DNA from: a virus
Lineage: Duplodnaviria > Caudoviricetes
DNA: 40,668 bases
Reading direction: 5' to 3' (one strand)
Virus record (IMG/VR): IMGVR_UViG_3300014656_000050
Span: 1 to 40,668 of that record
In this document: positions 27,404 through 35,689 of the stretch, in pieces
How the letters are laid out: each line of letters opens with the position of its first letter
Position numbering within the stretch: position 1 is the first letter of the stretch
Made by a program: the position numbers and the translations under genes
The notes under the pieces: model-generated
Told to the model about the DNA's origin: nothing
Seen by the model: the letters and a program-made list of their open reading frames with translations, nothing else
Databases searched by the model: none

Positions 27404-27607
27404 ATGAATGAAACTCCAATGTATGTCGATGAAAAATTTGTTGCTAAAATGATCGGCCGAGCGATTCAATCGCTTCGGAATGACCGCATGTTGGGAAAGG
27501 GGATACCGTATTACAAGAACGGAAAGAGTATCCGGTATTGTCTTGAAGACGTGGTATTCTACATGGAATCCCGCCGAATCGAGACAATAAACAATAACGC
27601 CAAATAA
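27404..27607 (+). CDS. AlpA/Xis-like HTH protein
   Basis: VDEKFVA-M-G---QSLRNDR--GKGIPYYK-GKSIRY. Confidence 0.8.
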   Translation: MNETPMYVDEKFVAKMIGRAIQSLRNDRMLGKGIPYYKNGKSIRYCLEDVVFYMESRRIETINNNAK

Positions 27608-27638
27608 GAAAAAACGGGAATAAAGATAAGGAGTTCAC

Positions 27639-28823
27639 ATGGACAATAAAGGCGCATTGATTGCTCGTTTTTCCCAAAAATTTGGCATAGACGAACGTAA
27701 GCTATTTGAGATTCTCAAAGCCACCTGCTTCAAACAGCGCGACAAAGATCAACCGGTGACGGATGCGCAAATGGCCGCGCTTTTGGTGGTCGCCGACCAA
27801 TACAATCTCAACCCGTTCACCAGGGAAATTTTTGCGTTTCCTGACAAACAGAAGGGAATTGTGCCTATCGTTTCTATTGACGGTTGGATTAGAATTATCA
27901 ATTCTCACCCTCAATTTAACGGACTGGATTGTGTCAATTCACAGGTCGTCGTAGACGTTCCGGAAACGACAAAAAGATCACCTGAGTGGACAACATGCAA
28001 CATTCACCGAAAAGACAGAACAAATCCAACGTCAATAACCGAATACTTTGACGAATGCTATCGACCGCCATTCGTGGGGACGGATTCTCGTGGAAAACCA
28101 TACTCGATCCCCGGACCATGGCAGTCACACCCGCGTCGAATGCTCCGACACAAGTCAATTATTCAATGCGCACGTATTGCGTTCGGATTCAGCGGAATTT
28201 ACGATGAGGATGATGTTGAACGCGGTGAGGTTGTCAACGTCACTCCGGTTGAGACAAAAAACATCTCCGCGCCAGTTTTAGGCGAAAATATAACATGGCA
28301 AGATCGACTACAAATCCAATCTGAAAACGTTAATTGGGGGTTTGACCAAAGTACTTTGAAGTCTTTTGTATCGCAAACGGCCAAAATACACAACGTCACG
28401 GAAAATGATCTTTTAGACCGCGCTGCCGACAACAGTGATTCATTTTGGGATGCCGCAAACGCATGGGCACTCAAACAGATTGAGCCGCAGGAAATTGTCT
28501 TTTCCGCCGACCTTCCCGCAGATCCCACCACGGAACCCGCCCCTGAACCAGCGGTGGATCCCCAATCTGAGCCGGAAACGGAACAGACCACCGCTGGTTC
28601 TCCCGCCAAAAAAGTTGATTTGACCGACATTTGGGACATGGCGCTGAGCCTAAAGACAGACGCGCGGGAATGCTTGTTGGATGCCGGGTTGGAACCTGAC
28701 CAGGTTTTGGCCTATTGGAAAAAGCACAATATCCACAAAAATCCAAAAGAATTCGGGACCGCTTTGGACGAAGCGTTGAAAAACCCCGGGCCGCTCAAAG
28801 AATATTTGGCGAGTTTAAAATGA
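27639..28823 (+). CDS. bet: phage recombination protein Bet (RecT/Redbeta family) with long C-terminal extension
   Basis: QYNLNPFTREIFAFPDK-KGIVPIVSIDGW-RIINSHPQF-G, W-SHPRRMLRHK--IQCAR-AFGFSGIYDED. Confidence 0.95.
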   Translation: MDNKGALIARFSQKFGIDERKLFEILKATCFKQRDKDQPVTDAQMAALLVVADQYNLNPFTREIFAFPDKQKGIVPIVSIDGWIRIINSHPQFNGLDCVNSQVVVDVPETTKRSPEWTTCNIHRKDRTNPTSITEYFDECYRPPFVGTDSRGKPYSIPGPWQSHPRRMLRHKSIIQCARIAFGFSGIYDEDDVERGEVVNVTPVETKNISAPVLGENITWQDRLQIQSENVNWGFDQSTLKSFVSQTAKIHNVTENDLLDRAADNSDSFWDAANAWALKQIEPQEIVFSADLPADPTTEPAPEPAVDPQSEPETEQTTAGSPAKKVDLTDIWDMALSLKTDARECLLDAGLEPDQVLAYWKKHNIHKNPKEFGTALDEALKNPGPLKEYLASLK

Positions 28824-29047
28824 AAATCCAGATAATTAAATTTTGTCGCCACACCGGGTTTTCGGAACGGGTTGAGTCGTGTGGTCATTCTCGGAATCGA
28901 GGATCTGGAGCAATTTGTGTTCACCCGTCCATCGGGAGTATGGAACTTGATGATCCCAAGCTGATCGGAAAGGATCTTATTTGGGACACTCCCGAGTGGT
29001 GCCCCTTGGATGATGCCTTGGGCAGGGTGATAGACTGGCCACAATAG
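28820..29047 (+). CDS. hypothetical Cys-containing protein
   Basis: ATGA overlap with bet; ends TPEWCPL. Confidence 0.6.
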   Translation: MKIQIIKFCRHTGFSERVESCGHSRNRGSGAICVHPSIGSMELDDPKLIGKDLIWDTPEWCPLDDALGRVIDWPQ

Positions 29048-29107
29048 ACCTTCACGATAGACGTCAATAGGCCGGGCTGAAAAGTCCGGTCATTCCCAAA
29101 AAAAGAC

Positions 29108-29136
29108 TTGCACTGGTTACCCCAGCGTGATATGTT
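29108..29136 (+). promoter_or_regulatory. putative promoter for the replication operon
   Basis: TTGCAC-17 nt-TATGTT with extended -10 TG; GC hairpin at about 29070-29091 upstream. Confidence 0.5.
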
Positions 29137-29164
29137 TTGACAATAAAGATAGGAGCGGGCTTTC

Positions 29165-29365
29165 ATGGAAGGAAATTTTGTAAACGAGCGTCAATTATCA
29201 AAAATGACTGGGATATCGGTATCGACGCTTCAGAGCCACCGGTTGCAGGGGAAAGGACTACCCTACTATAAATTTGGAAGAAAAGTGATGTATTGCCTAT
29301 CGGAATGCATTGAAGCTATTAAAAAAACAAAGGTTGACCCGTCTCAAGGACAAGACCAGAAATAA
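29165..29365 (+). CDS. AlpA/Xis-like HTH protein
   Basis: VNERQLS-MTGISVSTLQ--R-QGKGLPYYKFGRKVMY; paralogue of 27404..27607. Confidence 0.8.
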   Translation: MEGNFVNERQLSKMTGISVSTLQSHRLQGKGLPYYKFGRKVMYCLSECIEAIKKTKVDPSQGQDQK

Positions 29366-29372
29366 AAAAAAT

Positions 29373-30575
29373 ATGAAATGGTTCAAGCATATTTCTGACT
29401 CCATGCAAGACCCCCTGATTGTCCATTTGGTAAATGAGTTCGGGCCACTCGGTTACATGGTTTTTTTTGGCGTCCTGGAGAAGTATGCCCGGGAATTCAA
29501 GATCGATCCAGGCTGGAGATTGAGGGTAAAATTGGAATTTTTCCGAGGAAGTTTCCAACAAAAACAGAAAAAAAACATCAAAAATATTCTAAACTTTCTT
29601 CAATCTTCAGAAAAATGGTTGATAAAATTTTCTGGAAATCCATCAAGCGATAAAGAAGAGGTTGAGATTCAAATACCTAAATTTGCACAGTTTTTGGACG
29701 AAACAACCAAGAAAAAGATGAGGCTAAATTCCGGAATTGATCCGGAAAAAATCCGGATTTACCCCCATACAGAAGAAGAAGAAGAAGAAGAAGATAATAT
29801 AATAAATACCCCCCCCATAGCCCCCCCGTTGGGGGACGGTGAGAATCAGAAAAAAATCGAAATTTCAGAACCGGAAGACAAAGCCAAGCCGGAGGTAAAA
29901 AAACCGTCCGTCCCCGTGGAAGAAATCGTGGCCCTATATCACGAGGTCCTTCCCGAACTTCCCCGGGCAAACAAGATCAAACCGGAGCGACGCAAAACCA
30001 TCACGGCCAGGTGGAACGAGGATAAAGGCCGTCAATCGTTGGAGTGGTGGCGAGAATATTTCGAATCTGTGCGGTCTCAGGATTTTTTAATAGGCGAAAA
30101 CAACCGTGGGTTTCGGGCTAACATCGATTTCCTGGTAACAAAATCAAAAATGACAAAGGTCGAGGAGGGTCAATACGGGAATAGTGGCGGAAAATCAAGC
30201 CTTTCAAGGCAGGACAAGGCGTTTAGGGATGCATTTTCAAATCTTATGGCGTTTGGAGGTCAAAATGAATCCGATGGAATTTTCGAAGCAAATGGCAAGG
30301 TTATCAGTAATTTACGATCAGACGAGGTTCGACGGGGACCAGGGAGCTGTCAGAGCACAGGCATACGGCAAGGTCCTAAGCTCTTTCCAGCCCCAGGACC
30401 TGGAAACAGCTGTGGATATGATTTTGGAAAACTGGAAGCCAACGACGTGGGAAAGATTCCCTTGTCCGGCAACGCTCCTGGAATCGACGCGAGCGGCCAT
30501 GCGGAATCGGGTCGACCTGGAGCAAGCCGAGGAGCGGAGAATGGTCCCAGAAAAGCACGAACAGACGGAAGCTAA
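29373..30575 (+). CDS. replication initiator / replisome organiser
   Basis: MKWFKH-SD---DP N-terminal domain, acidic/Pro linker, C-terminal YHEVLPELP...FRANIDFL...KVEEGQY; upstream of dnaB. Confidence 0.8.
   Translation: MKWFKHISDSMQDPLIVHLVNEFGPLGYMVFFGVLEKYAREFKIDPGWRLRVKLEFFRGSFQQKQKKNIKNILNFLQSSEKWLIKFSGNPSSDKEEVEIQIPKFAQFLDETTKKKMRLNSGIDPEKIRIYPHTEEEEEEEDNIINTPPIAPPLGDGENQKKIEISEPEDKAKPEVKKPSVPVEEIVALYHEVLPELPRANKIKPERRKTITARWNEDKGRQSLEWWREYFESVRSQDFLIGENNRGFRANIDFLVTKSKMTKVEEGQYGNSGGKSSLSRQDKAFRDAFSNLMAFGGQNESDGIFEANGKVISNLRSDEVRRGPGSCQSTGIRQGPKLFPAPGPGNSCGYDFGKLEANDVGKIPLSGNAPGIDASGHAESGRPGASRGAENGPRKARTDGS
29730..29810. repeat. putative replication origin (iterons) inside the initiator gene
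   Basis: TCCGGA at 29730, 29741 and 29752 (11-bp period), followed by a GAA run and an AT-rich patch. Confidence 0.55.
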
Positions 30576-30636
30576 CAGGCTTGCAGTTAGCAAAATAGTG
30601 CAGGACTGCTGCGATAGACTCTCTGGTAAAATATAA
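30265..30636 (+). CDS. putative helicase loader/adaptor
   Basis: SD GGAGGT; MNPMEFSKQMARL...FPCPATL; lies between initiator and dnaB; TAATG overlap with dnaB. Confidence 0.6.
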   Translation: MNPMEFSKQMARLSVIYDQTRFDGDQGAVRAQAYGKVLSSFQPQDLETAVDMILENWKPTTWERFPCPATLLESTRAAMRNRVDLEQAEERRMVPEKHEQTEANRLAVSKIVQDCCDRLSGKI

Positions 30637-31982
30637 TGCCGGGGCATGCAGACGTAGGCATTGAACGAGCACTTCTCGGGGCAATCCTGGCCTATCCTGG
30701 GGCATTGTCCGACGTGCTGGCCGAGGTCCCAGACCTAATGCCCAATGATTTTTTCATGGAGGGGCATCGGCGGATATGGGCTGCTATGCAAATTATCGGA
30801 GATAATGTTGATCTGGTCACTGTGGCGGGGGCGATGGGAACCTGCGCGGACGTTGGCATTGGATACCTCGCCGAACTTACAGACGCGTCCGGAACGTCCG
30901 TCAACGTTGGATTTTACGCTCGCAAAATCCGCGATTTTTCCGTCAAACGCAAACTTTCTGAAATTGCTAAAAAAATTGACATGATTTCCGAGGACTTAGG
31001 AATAACGGCTGATGACGCACTTGATCGGGCTGTTGACTCAATCCAGGCGATTAGGTTCGGGACAATGGGGAGTGGCGGTCTGAACAGACTCGGAGTCTCC
31101 GAAATTTCAGAATCGATGAAAACCATCGAAGGACGTGCGCAAGGAAAGATAAAAAGCTCAGTTATTCCAACAGGTTTTACCGATATAGATAAAATGATCG
31201 GTGGTTGCCAGCCCGCCGACCTTGTCATTCTCGCAGGAAGACCTTCAATGGGAAAAACCGCCATGTCCTTGGCTCTGATTGTCAATGCCACGCTGAGTCA
31301 GTGGCGAGAATCAGGGCGGGGTCAGGTAACAACGGATGTCGCTTTTTTTTCGTTGGAGATGTCGAGAGAACAGATCTTTTTTCGCCTGTTATCAATGCTT
31401 TCAGGGATTGATTCCGCGATGGTCCGATCAGGAGAGGGGCTACAGCCTGCTGATTTTGGAGGTCTGTCCGGGGCAGCTGAATATATACAGCGGGCAGGTA
31501 TTTGGATTGACGATTCCGCAGCGCAGACGGAAGCGGAGGTAACGCGCAAAGCCAAGAGGCTACAATCTCAACTCGCCCGGGAAGGGCGGTCAATTGGGCT
31601 TGTGGTGGTCGATTATCTCCAGCTCATGCGGTCGACGAGGAGGCATGAGCGGAAGGACTTGGAGGTTGGGGAGATCGGGGGGGCGCTAAAAGCCCTCGCT
31701 AAAAGCCTGAATACATGCGTGGTGGCCCTTTCCCAGCTTAACCGGCAGGTAGAGTCGCGGACAGACAAACGTCCTCTCCTGAGCGATCTCAGGGAATCTG
31801 GTGCCCTGGAGCAGGACGCGGATGTCGTCGCAATGATTTATCGCCCCGGATACTACTCGGGTGACACTCGTGACAATGGGTGTGAAATAATTGTTCGAAA
31901 AAACCGCAACGGGCCGACGGGAACGTGCAGGCTGTTTGTTGACCTGCCCACAGGTAAATTTAGGACGGCTCAAAAATGGTAA
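30636..31982 (+). CDS. dnaB: replicative DNA helicase
   Basis: AGRPSMGKT, FSLEMS, VVDYLQL, LSQLNR, DLRESGALEQDAD, KNRNGPTG. Confidence 0.97.
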   Translation: MPGHADVGIERALLGAILAYPGALSDVLAEVPDLMPNDFFMEGHRRIWAAMQIIGDNVDLVTVAGAMGTCADVGIGYLAELTDASGTSVNVGFYARKIRDFSVKRKLSEIAKKIDMISEDLGITADDALDRAVDSIQAIRFGTMGSGGLNRLGVSEISESMKTIEGRAQGKIKSSVIPTGFTDIDKMIGGCQPADLVILAGRPSMGKTAMSLALIVNATLSQWRESGRGQVTTDVAFFSLEMSREQIFFRLLSMLSGIDSAMVRSGEGLQPADFGGLSGAAEYIQRAGIWIDDSAAQTEAEVTRKAKRLQSQLAREGRSIGLVVVDYLQLMRSTRRHERKDLEVGEIGGALKALAKSLNTCVVALSQLNRQVESRTDKRPLLSDLRESGALEQDADVVAMIYRPGYYSGDTRDNGCEIIVRKNRNGPTGTCRLFVDLPTGKFRTAQKW

Positions 31983-32359
31983 ATAATCAGAATCAAATGG
32001 CTATTTTTGGTGAAGAAGAAAAAATAAGATCCACTCCAGGCCGCGCAATCAGGCTGTTTTGTGTTGAATGCGCTGGGACTGTCTATGATCCCAAGCAATG
32101 CTCTGGAGAATTTATTGACGGAACCAGATGTAATCTTTGGAAATATCGGCTTGGAAGCGGTCGGCCTTCAGTCAAAACAATTCGAAAACACTGCTTTTTT
32201 TGCATGTGCGGGAACCGAGTATCGGTTCGCTATTGCACAAATGAACATTGCCATCTTTGGCCATACCGTGAAGGAAAGAACCCCAGCTACTCTCCAGACT
32301 TGGTAAGAAACATAAGCCAGCGGAGTGTTTTTCTGTCTCAGATTGACGTTATTGGTTGA
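31976..32359 (+). CDS. hypothetical protein with duplicated Cys-rich (putative Zn) motif
   Basis: IRLFCVEC...C...CNLWKYRLG and IRKHCFFC...C...CHLWPYREG. Confidence 0.75.
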   Translation: MVNNQNQMAIFGEEEKIRSTPGRAIRLFCVECAGTVYDPKQCSGEFIDGTRCNLWKYRLGSGRPSVKTIRKHCFFCMCGNRVSVRYCTNEHCHLWPYREGKNPSYSPDLVRNISQRSVFLSQIDVIG

Positions 32360-32451
32360 CCCTATACCCAAACAAGGGGTAGGGCAATAAAACTCGGCAG
32401 GGACAACGGGGGGCGTTAAAATTTTAACCGTAGGGGAAGGGGAGAAGGCAA

Positions 32452-32637
32452 ATGTTCGAACGTTTAAGGCTGGCGGTCAAAAAGAGGCAATATGAAAACG
32501 TGAATAAACAATGTCAAGCTGTTTTCTACACCGGCCGAACTTCCTGTCTCGGTCAAGTGTTCAAAGAGCCGTTTATAGTTGCTGAGCGGGTCTTATACTT
32601 GCCCACCGGAGAAATCGTCAGGATAGATTATAAATAG
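32452..32637 (+). CDS. hypothetical protein
   Basis: Purine-rich SD; 61 aa. Confidence 0.5.
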   Translation: MFERLRLAVKKRQYENVNKQCQAVFYTGRTSCLGQVFKEPFIVAERVLYLPTGEIVRIDYK

Positions 32638-32680
32638 ACGTTTGTTACGGTTCAAGCGTAAACTAAACCAAGGGGTTGAA

Positions 32681-34936
32681 ATGGAATACCACGATTTTTT
32701 GGCACAGAAAAAAACGATTTCCGAGATGTCTGGGTTTGAGCCGACCATGGAAATAAATCCAATGCTTTTCACCTGGCAGGCTGATATTGTCCGGTGGGCC
32801 CTTCGAAAGGGCAAGGCTGCACTCTGGGAGGATTGTGGACTTGGGAAAACCCCACAACAACTAGAATGGGCAAAACACGTTCACGCGCACACCGGGGAAC
32901 CCGTGTTGATATTGGCCCCCTTGGCAGTGTCGCAACAGACAATTAGGGAGGGGACAAAATTCGGGGTTGAGGTTCACAAATGCAAGGACCAGTCCGACGT
33001 TGTCAACGGGATCAATATCACAAATTACGAACGTCTTCACTTGTTCGACGCAGTCGTTTTTTCCGGAGTTGTCCTTGACGAATCTAGTATTTTAAAATCG
33101 TTCATGGGAAAAACAAAACAGGCCATTATCGACTCATTCCGTAACACAAATTACAAACTGGCCTGCACTGCAACTCCGGCACCAAACGACCATATGGAAC
33201 TTGGAAATCACGCAGACTTTCTTGATGTTATGCCGTCAAATGAAATGTTGTCCAGGTGGTTTATAAACGACACTATGAACTTTGGGACATACCGTCTTAA
33301 GGGACACGCGGTGAATAGTTTTTGGGAATGGGTTTCCTCCTGGGCCGTGTGTATCGGAAAGCCATCGGATATGGGCGCAGACGACGACGGTTTCAATCTT
33401 CCGGACATGGAAATCATTCATCACGTTATACCTACCGATCATGCCAAGGAAGCCGGTGAGGGGAACTTGTTTTATATGCCGGCAGTTAACGCAACCGGTC
33501 TTCATAAAGAACTTCGAAAATCATCTTCCAGTCGGGCAAAAATATCGGCGGATATGGTGAATGGATCAGATGAATCGTGGATTGTTTGGCTGAATACAAA
33601 CTATGACGCCGATGAAATTTTGAGACTTATACCGGACGCGGTTGAAGTCAGGGGAAACACACCTGACGCGCAAAAAGAGCAGCGATTGATTGACTTTTCA
33701 ACAGGCAACTCCAGGGTGATCATTACCAAACCGTCAATCGCTGGGTTTGGGCTTAATTGGCAACACTGCCACAACGTCGTTTTTATGGGCCTGACATACT
33801 CGTATGAACAACTGTATCAGGCCATTCGCAGGTCATTTAGGTTTGGTCAAAAAGAGAAAGTAAATATCCACTTGGTCTCCTCTGAAACTGAGCAGGTTGT
33901 TGTCGATTGTCTGCAACAAAAACAAGTTGAACACGAGAAAATGAAATCGAACATGTATCGGTTCAACTTTAGCAAACTTGATCAAGAAAGAAAAAAACTT
34001 GTTGTCAGGGAAACTGTCAGGGAGGAAAAGGGAGTTAATTGGAAAATAATCAATGGTGATTCGGTCGAGCGGATCAAAACTATCGAATCTGATTCGGTTG
34101 GACTGTCAGTTTTTAGCCCGCCGTTTTCAAACCTCTATATTTATTCTGACTCTATCAGAGACATGGGAAACTGTAAAAACGATCAAGAGTTTTTCGACCA
34201 ATTCAAGTTTCTTATACCTGATCTTTTGAGAATCACAATACCTGGCAGGTTGGCGTGTATCCACTGTAAGGACCTGGTGGATTATAAATCAAGGGACGGA
34301 CATGCCGGATTGAGGGATTTTCCTGGAGATATTATTAGGGCAATGACTGATTCCGGTTGGGTTTACCATTCACGGGTTACAATTTGGAAATGTCCAGTGA
34401 CAGAAATGACAAGAACAAAAGCGCAGGGGCTACTCTATAAGCAGATAAAAAAAGATTCTGCTTATTGTCGGACTGGACTATCTGAATACCTTTTGGCATT
34501 CAGGAAGCAGGGTGACGATGTATCTCCTATTGTCCATGACAAAAGAAATTTTCCTCTTGAACAGTGGCAACGAATAGCCGAACCTGTTTGGCCTGATAAA
34601 TCTTTTGTTGAGTCTGGTATATGGTTTAACATCGCCCAAACGAAATGCCTTAACAAGGAAATGGCTAAGGACCACAATGATGAAAAACACATATGCCCGC
34701 TACAAATCGGCGTGATTGAAAACTGCCTAAAACTTTGGAGCAACCCAGGTGATTTGATTTTTGATCCATTTTCAGGTATCGGTTCAACCGGATATGTGGC
34801 GGTTAAATCTAAAAGAAACTTTCTTGGAGTTGAACTTAAACAATCATACTTTGATCAAGCGATCAGATACCTAAAGAGGGCAGAACAAGAAGGAGTGACA
34901 ATGCCATTATTTGATTTGTTGGAAACAGGGAGTTGA
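32681..34936 (+). CDS. SNF2/DEAD-like helicase fused to an N4C/N6A DNA methyltransferase
   Basis: CGLGKT, VLDESS, TATPAPND, GFGLNWQ, QAIRRSFRFGQ; then VFSPPF (motif IV) before DPFSGIGST (motif I), i.e. beta-class order. Confidence 0.92.
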   Translation: MEYHDFLAQKKTISEMSGFEPTMEINPMLFTWQADIVRWALRKGKAALWEDCGLGKTPQQLEWAKHVHAHTGEPVLILAPLAVSQQTIREGTKFGVEVHKCKDQSDVVNGINITNYERLHLFDAVVFSGVVLDESSILKSFMGKTKQAIIDSFRNTNYKLACTATPAPNDHMELGNHADFLDVMPSNEMLSRWFINDTMNFGTYRLKGHAVNSFWEWVSSWAVCIGKPSDMGADDDGFNLPDMEIIHHVIPTDHAKEAGEGNLFYMPAVNATGLHKELRKSSSSRAKISADMVNGSDESWIVWLNTNYDADEILRLIPDAVEVRGNTPDAQKEQRLIDFSTGNSRVIITKPSIAGFGLNWQHCHNVVFMGLTYSYEQLYQAIRRSFRFGQKEKVNIHLVSSETEQVVVDCLQQKQVEHEKMKSNMYRFNFSKLDQERKKLVVRETVREEKGVNWKIINGDSVERIKTIESDSVGLSVFSPPFSNLYIYSDSIRDMGNCKNDQEFFDQFKFLIPDLLRITIPGRLACIHCKDLVDYKSRDGHAGLRDFPGDIIRAMTDSGWVYHSRVTIWKCPVTEMTRTKAQGLLYKQIKKDSAYCRTGLSEYLLAFRKQGDDVSPIVHDKRNFPLEQWQRIAEPVWPDKSFVESGIWFNIAQTKCLNKEMAKDHNDEKHICPLQIGVIENCLKLWSNPGDLIFDPFSGIGSTGYVAVKSKRNFLGVELKQSYFDQAIRYLKRAEQEGVTMPLFDLLETGS

Positions 34937-34939
34937 GAT

Positions 34940-35061
34940 ATGTTTGATATTGACAAGTTTCAATTTGAATTGAACTGAAAAAATCGTATTGGGAAACATC
35001 AATCAAAAACAGGATGAGGGCTGAAAAAGAATCGGAAGCCATGCCCCTATTTGCAATGTGA
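34940..35061 (+). pseudogene. relic of a second DNA methyltransferase gene (internally deleted)
   Basis: 34957-35061 reads VSI*IELKKSYWETSIKNRMRAEKESEAMPLFAM*, matching the C-terminus of the upstream MTase (GVELKQSYFDQAIRYLKRAEQEGVTMPLFDL). Confidence 0.7.
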
Positions 35062-35073
35062 GGATAACGAAGA

Positions 35074-35679
35074 ATGCAAGATTGCGGTGATAGTGTAATG
35101 GTAGCATTGCCACTGTTCCCAGTGGAAGGTCAGGGTTCGATTCCCATGTCACCGCTCCAGTTTGATGTCATAGAAATTCCAAGGCTAAGGTTTATAAAAC
35201 TAAACAAAAAATGGCATTCTGTTTTGCCATTGGCAAATGACTGTTGGCATGGTGATTGTTATGCTTGCGAGTTCAAAAATGTAATTTTTGCCGTGGCATG
35301 GTGGAGTCATCCTATTGCCGGCAATAGACTAAAATTAGGTAAAAATATATTAGAGTTAAGGAGAATGGCCATATGTGATCTTGCCCCTAAAAACACGGCA
35401 ACGAGGTTTTTAAAGATAATGTGTATAATTCTAAAGAAAAAATACCAACATATATATAAGTTTATCTCATATCAGGATACTGAAAACCATTTAGGAACAA
35501 TATATAAAGCGTCTGGATGGAATCCAACTGAATCTCAAAAAAAGTTTGAAACGTGGAAAGGACATTCAAAACGCGCTGGACTTATAGACCAGTCTACAGC
35601 GATAAAAGTTAGATGGGAGAAACAAATAAGGCCTGAGCCAATCACTGAAAATAACAACTTTGTTCAAAAAAAACGATAA
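35074..35679 (+). CDS. Mom-like GNAT-fold DNA adenine-modification protein
   Basis: AVAWWSHPIA, LELRRMAI-D-APKNTATRF, ISYQD---HLGTIYKASGW, K-RW, recognised as Mom/XF1762-type motifs; SD GAGGA. Confidence 0.75.
   Translation: MQDCGDSVMVALPLFPVEGQGSIPMSPLQFDVIEIPRLRFIKLNKKWHSVLPLANDCWHGDCYACEFKNVIFAVAWWSHPIAGNRLKLGKNILELRRMAICDLAPKNTATRFLKIMCIILKKKYQHIYKFISYQDTENHLGTIYKASGWNPTESQKKFETWKGHSKRAGLIDQSTAIKVRWEKQIRPEPITENNNFVQKKR
35084..35159 (+). tRNA. tRNA-Gly-like element (non-canonical) inside the Mom-like CDS
   Basis: Acceptor GCGGTGA/TCACCGC + T + CCA; D arm GTGT-AATGGTA-GCAT; anticodon arm CCACT-GTTCCC-AGTGG; T arm CAGGG-TTCGATT-CCC(A)TG; 76 nt. Confidence 0.8.
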
Positions 35680-35689
35680 GGGAGAGAAA

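Noticed and set aside
32415-32428. 14-bp palindrome GTTAAAATTTTAAC
   Set aside because: Single AT-rich copy with no clear promoter context.
35084-35159. Calling the element a normal decoding tRNA-Gly or an att-site remnant
   Set aside because: The anticodon loop is not 7 nt and the T stem is bulged; the element is full length, inside a reading frame, and there is no integrase nearby.
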